A stretch of DNA of 60,455 bases from NCBI RefSeq assembly GCF_001194135.2, contig NC_068984.1:109493269-109553723 (forward strand). The letters run 5' to 3'. This document shows, in pieces, positions 1 through 12,652 of this stretch. Source of the DNA: Octopus bimaculoides (Eukaryota). Under the pieces are notes generated by a model. That model had not been told where the DNA came from, ran no database searches, and was given only the letters and a program-made list of their open reading frames with translations. How positions within the stretch are numbered: position 1 is the first letter of the stretch; each line of letters opens with the position of its first letter. A program made the position numbers and the translations under genes.

Positions 1-89
1 TGCACCTCCTTGTCTTCCCTTCGTGTGACAATTGCAAAATTACTGTGAATGTCATACAAGTATTGTCATTTTATTTCCAATAATTTTCA

Positions 90-243
90 GGCACATGTCT
101 GGGCATGACGAAATATCATCTTGCTGGGAAACACATGGGAGTTGGTAACAAGAAAGGCATCTGGCCATAGGAAATCTTGTGCGACAAAAATCCATCCAAC
201 CCATGCAAGCAGGAAAAGGTAGACATTAAAATAACGATGAAAT
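90..243 (+). mobile_element. 3' tail fragment of a SINE/LINE family (ends ccatgcaagcaggaaaagg...aacgatga)
   Basis: The terminal motif resembles the minus-strand tail at 50968-51020 (tttaacgtccgctttccatgctggcatgg). The element is cut by the window start. Confidence 0.45.
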
Positions 244-264
244 TACGTAAGTACATATATATAG

Positions 265-745
265 ATGTTTTTCTTAGTTTCAGTCCAAGGACTGCGGCCA
301 TGCTGGAGCACTGCTGTTTACTTTGCTACACTTTTACTACCTCTGATGTGTGACATTTGGTGGATAAAGGAATTTGACGTTGCTGCCTTCATCTTGCTTT
401 GAGGTATTTTATCCAGAACTCATGACAAAAAGAGTTCCAGTTTTATTTGATAAAGCCTACATCCACGCCATGCAGGTCTCTCAGGGGCTTTGTGGGGAGA
501 TATTGAAGAACTGTGGGCCTTTGAAATCCAAACTGTTGCAGTATCTGGTTCTGTATCCTGATGTCTATGTTGGGGTTTTTGGTACTATGCAGTGGCGCCT
601 CGTCCTGCTGTTTATGTAATTGACAATGCCAAAGTTTGACAAGTTTTTCCAGGATTTTCTAGATGTATATTACTGCATAACTTTCCCGCCTGCATTCCAG
701 GGAGAAGAGTCTTAAATCTTTTAGTCTCTCCCAGTAGCTGATATG
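265..745 (-). mobile_element. 5'-truncated CR1/L2-like LINE: RT C-terminus plus 3' UTR, pseudogenised
   Basis: Minus-strand translation SYWERLKDLRLFSLECRRESYAVIYI*KILE matches the CR1/L2 post-RT motif (YEERLKEL.LFSLE.RR). After frameshifts it reads YRTRYCNSLDFKGPQFFNI. It ends in the gtgctccagcatggccgcagtccttggactgaaac tail at 277-314. Confidence 0.8.
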
Positions 746-980
746 TCGCCACGTGTCGATCTTCTTTGTGCAACTTCGCTGGATCGTCTCGAGTTAAATA
801 TCTTTATGTATACATGTCCATATATGTATGTGTATGTCTGTTGATGTGTGTCTGTGTGTCTATGTGTGCGCGTGTGTGCATGAGTGAGTAAGTGTGTGTG
901 CACGTGTGCATGGGTGTGAGAGCGTTTGTGTATTTTACTACCAATTTATGCATGTAGCTACATACTAGCTCATGTAGACA

Positions 981-1030
<50 letters not shown>

Positions 1031-1073
1031 CATATATAAATATATATATGCCCCCCCACACACACACACACAT

Positions 1074-1114
<41 letters not shown>

Positions 1115-1171
1115 CTTCTTGATATTTATATATATATATATTCATGTCCTTTGTTGAATCTCTGTATGAGT

Positions 1172-1552
1172 ACAAATCTTGTACATAAATATAACGTGCA
1201 CACAAGGGGAGGGCCATATGTTTACATTGGGCAGACGGCTGATTCATTTAAGAATCGTTATTGTAACCATGTTACCAGATTTAAGACAATCAATAAGTGA
1301 TGTTCAACATCAATGGCAGATTTTGCATGGCAACTGAAGGAGGATGAAATGAAGTACAGCATAAATTGGTCCATAGTAAGGTACACGAAACCATACAATA
1401 TAATTTCCAGGAGATGCCGTCTCTGCTCCGAGCAATCCCTTTATATTCTGTGGACTAACGAGAAGATCATTAATAGAATTTCTGAACGACTCTCGAAATG
1501 CCTACACGCATATAGTTGCACTTTCACACAATGCGGTGTGAATGAATTTTGA
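1172..1552 (+). pseudogene. GIY-YIG endonuclease of a Penelope-like retroelement (one in-frame stop at 1298-1300)
   Basis: Frame of ORF 1313..1552 extended upstream: TNLVHKYNVHTRGGPYVYIGQTADSFKNRYCNHVTRFKTINK*CSTSMADFAWQLKEDEMKYSINWSIVRYTKPYNIISRRCRLCSEQSLYILWTNEKIINRISERLSKCLH. It has YIGQT, F..RY.NH, W.L...I.W.I, the CxxC of RCxLC.EE and the terminal SKC.H typical of Penelope-like elements (PLEs). Confidence 0.85.
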
Positions 1553-2031
1553 GTAACCGTTAACATAATTTGTGGATAACTTAAGTTTTCTTTTAACCTC
1601 TGCATCAAACTTCACGTGTGCGTACGCTCACAGTTTTATGGATGCTTGTATGAGCGTGTGTACTCGTGCCATGCAACTTGCCCGAGGGCGTTTATATATC
1701 CATTTTGTTAACGGTTATTTTTAATACTTTTCTCGCTGGATTGTGTGTTCGTTTCTCTTTTTGTCATCTGTGATTTTATACTAGAACTTCTATATAAATA
1801 ATGATATTTCCTCCGTCTGGCTGCTTTCTTTCTGCAAAACGGGAACTTACATTATATTTTTACGAGGTGTATTCATTTATCACCCGACGCGATACATCTG
1901 CACTGCCGGATGCTCTTGAACAAGTTGTTGAGTGTTCCATCCTTGAGAGATCGATGGTAGATGTGTCGAAACAATTGTCGTGATTTCTAATAATTTCTCG
2001 TATATTCCCTGTTCCGTCTTTTATTTACCAT
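1553..2031 (+). mobile_element. Probable 3' UTR / pseudo-LTR of the same Penelope-like element
   Basis: Directly follows the GIY-YIG remnant. It contains a GAAAC-AATT-GTC hammerhead-like relic at 1968-1979 and a T-rich end. Confidence 0.5.
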
Positions 2032-2136
2032 NNNNNNNNNNNNNNNNNNNNNNNNNNNNNNNNNNNNNNNNNNNNNNNNNNNNNNNNNNNNNNNNNNNNN
2101 NNNNNNNNNNNNNNNNNNNNNNNNNNNNNNNNNNNN

Positions 2137-2181
<45 letters not shown>

Positions 2182-2249
2182 CAAATGATATATGAGCATA
2201 TGCACGTATACATACATATATGTACATACCTACATCTACATGTATATAT

Positions 2250-2440
2250 AGATGCATATCCGGGTACAGGACGTCAGAAAAACGAACGGGAACATAAGGC
2301 ACAAAAACGGACTTGGTTTATAGACAACAGAACGAACACAGGAAAACAGACGAGCCACTTATGGAACTTTTACTTCATCAGCTGCCTCTATTCTAAACTA
2401 GGCGTTTCGAAGATGAGGCACACCGCGCTCTTAGAATAGC
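2250..2440 (-). mobile_element. Penelope-like terminal repeat fragment (same family as 13960-14110)
   Basis: Shares caggacgtca, acggg.aca, acaac.gaa and cttca..ag.tg blocks with 13960-14110. The minus strand carries ctgatgaag and cgaaacg. The PLE assignment is inference. Confidence 0.35.
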
Positions 2441-2685
2441 TATATTTGTTTATATCTATCTATATATATATGTATATATATATACAAGAAGGACCTAATT
2501 CCTTCAAAGGAATGTTAGACATCCAAGTTCGTCGGTTCAATCCAAAGCAAAGGATATATATATATAAATCTATATATTCAATCAAGTACAATAAAGTATA
2601 AGGAAAGGGAAAATAGAAGTGTAGACGTTACTTTACTCCAAGTTGGTACATATATCCAATGAAAACTCTACAAGTTGTTTCCAAG

Positions 2686-2745
<60 letters not shown>

Positions 2746-3629
2746 CAGGAGAGAGAGAGAGGGGGTGGGGATGACGTGACAGAGAGGGTGGAACAGAAGA
2801 ACATAGATATAAAGATAGATATCAATATTGGCACTAATTTTTTAAAGATTAAACAAGCCGTCATTGTTTGAACAATTTTTTCATCAATACTCATTCAGTT
2901 TCAAATCATTTTGGTAAACTTAAGCTATAAAAATGAGTATACGTCCATACATATATAAAAGCATACCTACATGCATACATACATCCAACCAGACATACAT
3001 ACATACATACACACATACATACATACATACATACATACATACATACATACACACATACATACATACATACATACACACATATATACATACATACATACAC
3101 ACATACATACATACATACATACATACATACATACATACATAAAATGTGCATGCATGCATGTATGCCAGCATGGAAAGAAAGACATTAAATGATGAATATA
3201 TATATATATATATATAGACACACATACACANNNNNNNNNNNNNNNNNNNNNNNNNNNNNNNNNNNNNNNNNNNNNNNNNNNNNNNNNNNNNNNNNNNNNN
3301 NNNNNNNNNNNNNNNNNNNNNNNNNNNNNNATATATATACAAACATATATGAGCATATTCATATCTAAAGCTAATAACTTATTCTCACACACATGCATAC
3401 ATCCCACGCACACACACATATAAATGAATATATATATGTGTTTGTATGTGTGTGTATGAGCACGTGACTATAATAAAGAGAACCAGTGAAAGACAGAGAG
3501 AGACAAGGCTTTTTAGAGAATGATTCATATCTTCATGATTTCCAATATTTAGAGAATGTTTGGAAAAACCCAAATCATTGCGTTTTATTGAAAATCATGA
3601 TGAAATAAGTCATTGTAAAAGATGTCTAA

Positions 3630-3666
<37 letters not shown>

Positions 3667-4375
3667 NNNNNNNNNNNNNNNNNNNNNNNNNNNNNNNNNN
3701 NNNNNNNNNNNNNNNNNNNNNNNNNNNNNNNNNNNNNNNNNNNNNNNNNNNNNNNNNNNNNNNNNNNNNNNNNNNNNNNNNNNNNNNNNNNNNNNNNNNN
3801 NNNNNNNNNNNNNNNNNNNNNNNNNNNNNNNNNNNNNNNNNNNNNNNNNNNNNNNNNNNNNNNNNNNNNNNNNNNNNNNNNNNNNNNNNNNNNNNNNNNN
3901 NNNNNNNNNNNNNNNNNNNNNNNNNNNNNNNNNNNNNNNNNNNNNNNNNNNNNNNNNNNNNNNNNNNNNNNNNNNNNNNNNNNNNNNNNNNNNNNNNNNN
4001 NNNNNNNNNNNNNNNNNNNNNNNNNNNNNNNNNNNNNNNNNNNNNNNNNNNNNNNNNNNNNNNNNNNNNNNNNNNNNNNNNNNNNNNNNNNNNNNNNNNN
4101 NNNNNNNNNNNNNNNNNNNNNNNNNNNNNNNNNNNNNNNNNNNNNNNNNNNNNNNNNNNNNNNNNNNNNNNNNNNNNNNNNNNNNNNNNNNNNNNNNNNN
4201 NNNNNNNNNNNNNNNNNNNNNNNNNNNNNNNNNNNNNNNNNNNNNNNNNNNNNNNNNNNNNNNNNNNNNNNNNNNNNNNNNNNNNNNNNNNNNNNNNNNN
4301 NNNNNNNNNNNNNNNNNNNNNNNNNNNNNNNNNNNNNNNNNNNNNNNNNNNNNNNNNNNNNNNNNNNNNNNNNNN

Positions 4376-4444
<69 letters not shown>

Positions 4445-4610
4445 CAAGGTAGCTAGATAGATAATTATATGCAGGTATATGGATGCACCCACATACACAC
4501 ACACACACATTAATATGCACATATGCATTTATAGATAAAGGTATACATATGTGTGCATGTGGGTATATGCATATATGGATTTATATATATATATATATAT
4601 ATATTGTGTG

Positions 4611-4658
<48 letters not shown>

Positions 4659-5259
4659 TAGATATATACAGGGATACATACATACTTACATACAAACATA
4701 TATGTGTATGTTTGCGTGTGTATACTTATATATTGCGAACTGTGTTTTCTAGTTACATTTCATATGAAAGTTGAAGAACAGAATATGCCATGTAGTGTAT
4801 TTCTGCAGGACTATATCAATCATGCAGATGCATGAAATATGCAGTTTAATATGTTAATATTGTCTTTGACAGAACTCACGTCTATCTCTCATAAATATAT
4901 TCACCTAAACTTCTTAGTCCCTCTCAACAAACTTTATACTATAGACCTGTTCGAGCAAATCCTTTTTTGGTGTTATTCAACAACAACAACAACACGATGG
5001 CAATTAAACTTGATAATCAGTGCATCCTTTTATATTATATTATAGCATAAGGTGCTCTGCATTGATGCTTTGGTTTATTATTTTTTTAGACAGTCACTAT
5101 TACTCATTGTACCCTTTAATGATATTATATGCTGTTTATTAGTTTCTTCTTCTTCATCACCATCATCACCATCATCACCAATATCGTCACCACCATCATC
5201 AACATATATATATATATCCATATGTACATACACACACACACACATATATATATATATCT

Positions 5260-5490
5260 TTTAAATTTGTTTATGTCAACATTAATGATATGCAAATACA
5301 GTTCCTATTTCATTATGCTGGCTGCTGTCTAATTTTACTGACTAGTGAGGCAGTTTTTCGGGGTTGCATCATGGATACTATGTACCATACTGTAATTATC
5401 TTAAGGATACGGACTCTGATGTTAAAGTCATGTGAATTGTAGAAACATCCATAGTGTTGCATTAAATAATTATAAATTTCATCCTAGAGT
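5260..5490 (+). repeat. Old interspersed repeat homologous to 56030-56680
   Basis: Alignable blocks: ttaaatttgtttat; tcctatt(t/c)cattatgc(t/c)ggc; ctgacta(g/c)tgag(g/c)cagttttt; atacggact(c/g)tgat; aagtcatgtga; ttaaat..ttataaatt(t/c)catc(c/g)tag. Confidence 0.65.
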
Positions 5491-5680
5491 CCACAGAGTT
5501 TTCTATCTGCCATATTCACTAACAAATCACTGGTTAGCTCAGAGCTGTAGATGACACTTCCCAAGATGTCATACAGTTTGACAATCTTCATAGCTACACA
5601 GCCTTGTCTATAGATTCTTTTTGTTTCAAATCAAACACTATGTGATAAACTGCTGTAATCAGTTTGCTTTTATATATATA

Positions 5681-5869
5681 GGCATGGGAGTGGCTGTGTT
5701 GTAAGAATAGGCACAAGAGTGGCTGTGTGACTTACTTCCCAACCACATGGTCCCAAGTTCCGTCCCACTGCATGGCACCTTGGGCAAGTGTCTTCTGCTA
5801 TAGTCTCGGGCTGACCAAAGCATTGTGAGTGGATTTTGTAGACGGAAACTGAAAGAAATCAATCGTATA

Positions 5870-5910
<41 letters not shown>

Positions 5911-6125
5911 GTATGTATGTATGCATTTGTGTGTTTGTGTTTGCCCCCCCCCCACCCAATGTTGATGTGTTTACATCCCCGTAACTTAGCACTTTGGTGT
6001 AAAACAAACTGATAGAGTAAGTACTAGACTTACAAAGAATAAGTCCTGGGGTTGATTTGTTTGACTAAAGGAAGTGCTCTAGCATGGCCACAGACAAATG
6101 ACTGAAACAAGTAAAAGAGAAAAGA
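5681..6125 (+). mobile_element. SINE family A (tRNA-like head, internal TA/TG microsatellite, LINE-like tail); CpG-eroded copy with duplicated head
   Basis: Colinear with the copies at 11760, 31807 and 59111. The first 29 bp or so (ggca..gagtggctgtgt) occur twice. About 11 consensus CpGs are mutated, mostly to TG/CA. Confidence 0.9.
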
Positions 6126-6404
6126 TTGAAAAAAGAATATGCAGTATCTTGCTGTTTCAGTTTTGATTTATGATTTCATCAGTGACTGAATATTTCCTTC
6201 AAATGTCTGCATACTCATTAGTTGCTAATGCAATGTTAGGGCTAAAGTATATCTGATAGATTATCTTGCATATGTAAAGCATTTGTGAACAGCTAGTATG
6301 ATGAATAAATTATGGTTTCAATCAATGATATGTTATATTACAGAATATATCTACACATTTTTAAATTGCCAAAGGAGACTAATGGAACAAGTCTGGGATT
6401 TGAA

Positions 6405-6510
6405 AATATAAGAACTGGTGTTGATTTGTTTGACTAAAACTTTCAAGGTGGTTTTCTAGTATGACTATAGTCAAATGGCTGAAACAAGTAAAAGATAGAA
6501 ATAAAGATAA
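6405..6510 (+). mobile_element. 3' end fragment with family A-type tail
   Basis: ttgatttgtttgactaaa...agtcaaatggctgaaacaagtaaaaga matches the family A 3' terminus. Confidence 0.6.
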
Positions 6511-6667
6511 TATATATATATATGTATATAAAAGGGCATGAATGACTATGGGATTTCACTTAGAAAGTTACCCTCCCAGGCATAAGCCTGGATAAGGTTG
6601 TTTATGGAAGACCAGCAGCCATCCATATATATCAGTCTCCCCTCTCCATGCCACTAATGTTATCCAA

Positions 6668-6765
6668 AGGAAAGGCAAAGGTATGGAAAGGCATAGAAAG
6701 GCAAAGGATATGGAAAGGCATGGAAAGTACCTAGTTGAAGTACCTAGTTGAAGTACCTAGTTGAA
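6668..6765. repeat. Short tandem repeats: ~27-bp ggaaaggcaaagg(a)tatggaaaggcat x2, then (AAGTACCTAGTTG)x3
   Basis: Read directly. The 13-mers start at 6725, 6738 and 6751. Confidence 0.85.
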
Positions 6766-7076
6766 TCCACATCATTGACTTGACCTTAGAAATTGTAAGT
6801 ACAATCTTATTCCATAGTTCATTTGGCAATATGGAATTTATACTCCCCTCTAGGGCTGATCAGTTTTCAATATTTTGCTGCTTTCATTTGTCTTAAGACT
6901 ATTCATAACTTATTGCAAACTAATAAACAGGTGTTGGGGGTGATGCTGTGGCTTAGATAGAAATGGATCTGAGAAGTTAGAGAAGATAAGTCTCTGACAA
7001 GCTGACTCGGTTCAGATATAACATGTGCAGTAAGTCTTTAACAGATTCACAATGAATGAAGTGGGACTTATAAACC

Positions 7077-7155
<79 letters not shown>

Positions 7156-8007
7156 AATAACATTAAGAGAACATAAGATAATCATCACAGTTACATAATA
7201 TGATTAGTAATTTACTGATGCAATAATATTGTTTTGTATCAAAGAAATATTGACCTATCGATTCCATATCTATAAATATTTAGGTATATAGCTAACAGTC
7301 CTTGTATAGAAAGATGTGTATATACAATAACTCATGCATAAGAATTGAGAAGAAATAGATTGACAGCATGCACTTTTCTTACCCATGCAAACATTTGTCA
7401 AGTTCTGAAAGTTTACAATATGATAAAGAGGTAAGCTTTAAAGGATGGCTGACCAGTTAGAAATAACAGATATATTTCACCCAAATTACACATTATTGTC
7501 TTTAAAATGACAGATTTAATGATCTGTTACAGTGTACACTATATCTGAAAGAAGCCAAAAATTGGGGAAAAAGACTTTAAAATCAATTTTGATCTTGAGC
7601 CTGTACATCAATAACTACAATAATAAGGTTTCAGAGGATTTTACAAAACAAGAAGCTGACATGTGTTAGTATTGGACAAAAATGGCAAGATCTCACTCTA
7701 TGGCTTCAATATTTTGGATCAGATAAAGATGGTAGCTCTGTGTCCTACATCACCTAAACTTGGGTTCATTTAATTAACTAATTAAAAACGTTGGTCTTGT
7801 GCCAATGTAAGTAATTCTAATTCTTATCATTAAAGCCATGTCACACAATCTGCAGAATTTTGGATAAAATGTTTTGCAATAATCAAATATTGAATTTTGA
7901 TTCCAACACAGTTTTCAATTTGCTTTTCAGTTCAATTCCAACTCAAGGTCATCATTACTTTTTATAATTTCAGGAGCTGATATAACGAAATAGTTTCTAA
8001 TTTTGGC

Positions 8008-8232
8008 ATAATCTTTGCTACTATAGGCACAAATACCAGCAGTTTTGAAGGGAGGGAAAGTAGTTGATACCACTGATCTGAGTTCTAGGGTGGTACCTTA
8101 TTATATTGATCTCAAAAGATGTGAGGCAAAGTTGGCCTTGGCAGGTTTTAAACTCAGAATATAAAAAGCCAGGAGAAATGGTATTAAGCATTTTGTCTAA
8201 GGCACTAATGATTATTTCTGCTTACTGGCTTA
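8008..8232 (-). mobile_element. SINE family B, CpG-free degenerate copy
   Basis: Colinear with 26061-26271 (ggcacaa...aggcaaagttg...aactcagaa...aagcatttt...gcctta). No CG remains. Confidence 0.7.
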
Positions 8233-9176
8233 GGGGTCACTATTATATAATAAATACCATTCCAATAGTGAGATCAAATTAAATTCCTTTGCAATTTTAA
8301 AATAGAAGCTGAAATCAATATTTTTCTTATATTGCTTTTCCTGAATGTTGTACATTGGTAGAAACTTAAGCACATCACACGTCTTGTGGTGTGTACTTGC
8401 AGATTTTATTTACATTCTGTGTTCAAATCCTATTGAAATTGACTTTGCTTTTAATCCTTCCATGGTCCAGTGAAATATTGAGCAAAATGTAGTAGAATAA
8501 CCCTTCTTACCAAAAACTTATGCGGTAATGTTCCTGGCATAAGAAACTTCACTTAATTTTTGCTTCAATTTCAGACTTAATCTCTCTCTTCTTCATTCAC
8601 ATTCATCTCTTTCTTACTTCGTGTCCCTGATGTTCAGATATTTAAACATGATTCATTTGGTATATTTTAGCTTTTTTGTTTTCTTTAGTATAATATGGTC
8701 TTCTTTTACAGAAATATGCCTGTGTTTAAACAACTTTTACCCCTCTACAGAAACCAGCAAATCTCAGGTTTATCCATTTGTAACAATACCTTGTCAGCTT
8801 CACCACATATCTTCTGCAATTTATCCAATCTCATCCATTTATGTTTGTTCCAACCAAAATTTCACTTCCTTACCCTAACCCATATATTGGTCTGTAATAT
8901 TTTTCTGTGAACAATAACTTCTATTTGCATTTTATTATTTTTTTATCTGCTGTTTTTTGGATGTTTTAGTCATTTTCTATAAAATTTATTTTTATTAGTA
9001 TTCTTTTTTTTTTTAGTTTAATTGTTTGCTTTTTTTTTGAGTTGTTACTATTTTTGCCTTTTTATTTGTTTCAGGAAGCAATACAGCTGAGAAATCTGCC
9101 AGGAGAATTTTTTAATATTCTTCTAAAATCAAACCAATTGAAGTCAATATATTATATATACATATATGTATATATA

Positions 9177-9213
<37 letters not shown>

Positions 9214-9391
9214 GTATGATGCATATACACACACACACATATATGCACATATATATATGTGTGTGTTTATATAAATATATACATATACATATACATAGAA
9301 ATATATATATATATATACATATATATGCATGTAAATATATATATGTATGTGTATATGTAAATGCATGTGTGTATATATGTATATAAGTGTG

Positions 9392-9457
<66 letters not shown>

Positions 9458-10535
9458 GTATATATATTTATATATACATGTATATATATATGTATCTATC
9501 TATATATATCTGTATATGTATGTATGTATCTATCTATATATATTTATATATACATAGATACATACATATATATGTGTATATATACATAAACCAATACACA
9601 CACATACACACACAAATATAAAATAGGTATATGTATGACCCCAGCCACCCACACTTCACAACTGAAATAATGAAAATAATATTATAATATATTGACAAAG
9701 ATAAAAAAAAAAAGAACCCTCGTCACTGTGCCTCCACAGAAAATGTGGGAAGAGGAAGAGGAGAGAGATAGAGTGAGAGAGTGAGACAGATGACTTCTCT
9801 TTGAGCTGCTTACTATGTAGCATTGCCTAGGTCATCTGAAGCAGTTTTAATCCTCAGCTATATAACTATGGGAAGAGATTAAACAATGAGATGGAGCCTT
9901 GGTTTCTGACTCTGCAAGGATAAAGAAAAATAAAATACAATAAAATAAAATGAAAATAAAATAAAATAAAACAAGATAAAATAAAATACAATGAAATAAC
10001 AGACTCTTGCATGGTTGGCACTTACAGAGGTCTCATCTGGTGCAAAGTAAATAAGACCCTTCACAAAGCATAACTCAAAAAAACAGTCGACTTAATCCTT
10101 AAAAAGAACCTGCTCGGAGAATGGCCTTCTCCTCCCTTTATTTCCAACCAAATCAATTTACTCAATGTATTTGGAAGTAATAGAAACATTTAAATATATA
10201 TTATAGTTAGTTGATTTTTTGTATGGTTTGGTTTGTTTTGGTTTTTAGACTCGCTCTCTTTTGGCAAGTATATATCTAATTATATATGTATTTCACGGTG
10301 TGTGTCCGTATGTGTATGTGTGTGTGGGTGCATGTGTGGGCTTATATATTTGTATACTTATACAATCACACATACAAGTACATGCACACCCACGTGTGCA
10401 CATGTACACGTATACACATACATATACATATATATACTTATACACATGCGTTTATATATTATACACATATTATTTAGTTGTGTATCTATGTATAATTATA
10501 TATTTGAGTACACATATGCTTACTCAAATATACAT

Positions 10536-10601
<66 letters not shown>

Positions 10602-10752
10602 AGATAGATAGACAGATAAATGTACATATACATATGTATATATATGCCTATATACATAAACACACACACACACATATATATATATTGAGTTGAGACAGAG
10701 ACAGAGAGAAAGAGAAAGAGAAAGAGAGATTCTTATACATACATATCTGTGC

Positions 10753-10823
<71 letters not shown>

Positions 10824-10871
10824 CATAAATACATATATATATATATATCCACATACATATGCACATACATT

Positions 10872-10903
<32 letters not shown>

Positions 10904-11020
10904 TGCATGTGTATGTGTATGAGGAGACACACATACATTGATAGACAGACAGATAGACAGATATGTAGACAGACAGACAGACAGATAGATAAATAGATAG
11001 ATAGAAAGATAGATAGATAA

Positions 11021-11061
<41 letters not shown>

Positions 11062-11645
11062 CAAACAGATGCAACATACATAAATGGATCAAGAGAGGGA
11101 GAGAGAGAGAATGAGAGAGCGAGTGAGAGAGAGAGAGAGTGAGAGAGATAGAGAGAGAGAGAGAGAGAGACTGAGCAGAGAGTGAAACTGAGCAGAGAGA
11201 TATAAGAAGAAAGGCTGCCACTGTGGAAGACAGAAGGAAAGCAAAAAGAATAAAAAAAAAGAACGTTGGCATATAGAAATATATTTTATTAAATGGATAT
11301 GAAATGGTTAACAATAAATAAACAAATAGATATATAAATAAATAAATAAGCAAATATTAAACAAATTACATAAATATGATAAAACATATGAAATGAAAGA
11401 GCCACACCACGAGAAAGAAAGTTAAGGAAGTACGAAGTAAGAGCTAAAACTAAATAACTATGCGTAGAGTTTACTGGCAAACAATAATACAATCTGATTA
11501 ATCGAAACACTAGATGCAAGAGATTTATTCCAAGTTCTTTTTACAGCAACAAAATTAGACTTGATGGGGTCCGTGTATTGATTTCTTTGTGTCTGTCATT
11601 TATTCAAATTCATATGCGCTTTTGTTAACAAACATACATACATGT

Positions 11646-11686
<41 letters not shown>

Positions 11687-11702
11687 ACACATACACACAC
11701 AT

Positions 11703-11735
<33 letters not shown>

Positions 11736-11759
11736 TACGCATAAATATAAATATATGTA

Positions 11760-12202
11760 TTCTTTTATTCTTTTACTCGTTCCAGTCATTTGACTGACTG
11801 CGGCCATGCTGGAGCACCGCCATTAGTCGAACAAATCGAATCGACCGCGGGACTTATTCTTTGTAACCCTAGTACTTATTTCATCGGGTCTTTTACCGAA
11901 CCGCTAGGTTACGGGCACGTAAACACACCTACATCGGTTGTAAAGCGATGGAGGGTGGGCAAACACAGACGTACTCACAAACACACGCACACACACATAT
12001 ATATATATATATATATACATATATACACATACATATATACATATACACGACTGGCCTCTTTTGGTTTCCGTCTACCAAATTCACTCACAAGGATTTGGTT
12101 AGCCCGAGGCTATAGTAGAAGACACGTGCTTAAGGTGCCACACAGTGGGACTGAACCCGGAACCGTGGTTGGGAAGCAAGCTTCTTACCACACACTCCCG
12201 CC

Positions 12203-12203
<1 letters not shown>
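11760..12203 (-). mobile_element. SINE family A, full length
   Basis: Reverse complement of the 5681 and 59111 copies. B-box-like ggttcagtccc and the cagtcatttgactg tail hairpin are present. Confidence 0.9.
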
Positions 12204-12294
<91 letters not shown>

Positions 12295-12424
12295 TGAATA
12301 CATATGTAACAGACAGATATGTATAGAAGCAAAACCTACATTCTCACATACGTATACATCACACACTCTCTTGCATGCAACACATGATTGCACAGAAAAC
12401 ACACACACACACATCGACATCTCT

Positions 12425-12611
12425 TTTCGACTCTAGGCACAAAGCCCGAAGTTTTGAGGTAGGGGGCCAGTCGATTAGATCGAACTCAGTACGCAACTGG
12501 TACTTAATTTATCGACGCTGAAGTGGTATTTGAACTCAGAACGTCAAGACAGACGAAATACCGTTAAGCATTTCGCCCGGCGCGTTAACGTTTCTGCCAG
12601 CTCGCCGCCTT
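12425..12611 (-). mobile_element. SINE family B with internal deletion and 16-bp TSD
   Basis: TSD acacatcg(ac/ct)atctct at 12409-12424 and 12612-12627. B-box-like gagttcaaat on the minus strand. Confidence 0.85.
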
Positions 12612-12652
12612 ACACATCGCTATCTCTGTATGCATGAATCTACTTATATATC

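Noticed and set aside
4872-4975. Exon-like segment after tctttgacag (ELTSISHKYIHLNFLVPLNKLYTIDLFEQILF)
   Set aside because: Weak donor, no recognisable homology and no compatible neighbouring exon.
7636-7811. Open frame RILQNKKLTCVSIGQKWQDLTLWLQYFGSDKD and a strong gtaagt donor at 7806
   Set aside because: All three frames hit stops before the strong donor, and the alternative donor is weak.
9075-9150. Strong acceptor tttgtttcag after a long pyrimidine tract
   Set aside because: No convincing donor or protein similarity. Kept only as context for the CpG-erosion finding.
9870-10140. Possible further Penelope-like end on the minus strand (ccagatgagacc...)
   Set aside because: The core motifs are too degenerate to support.
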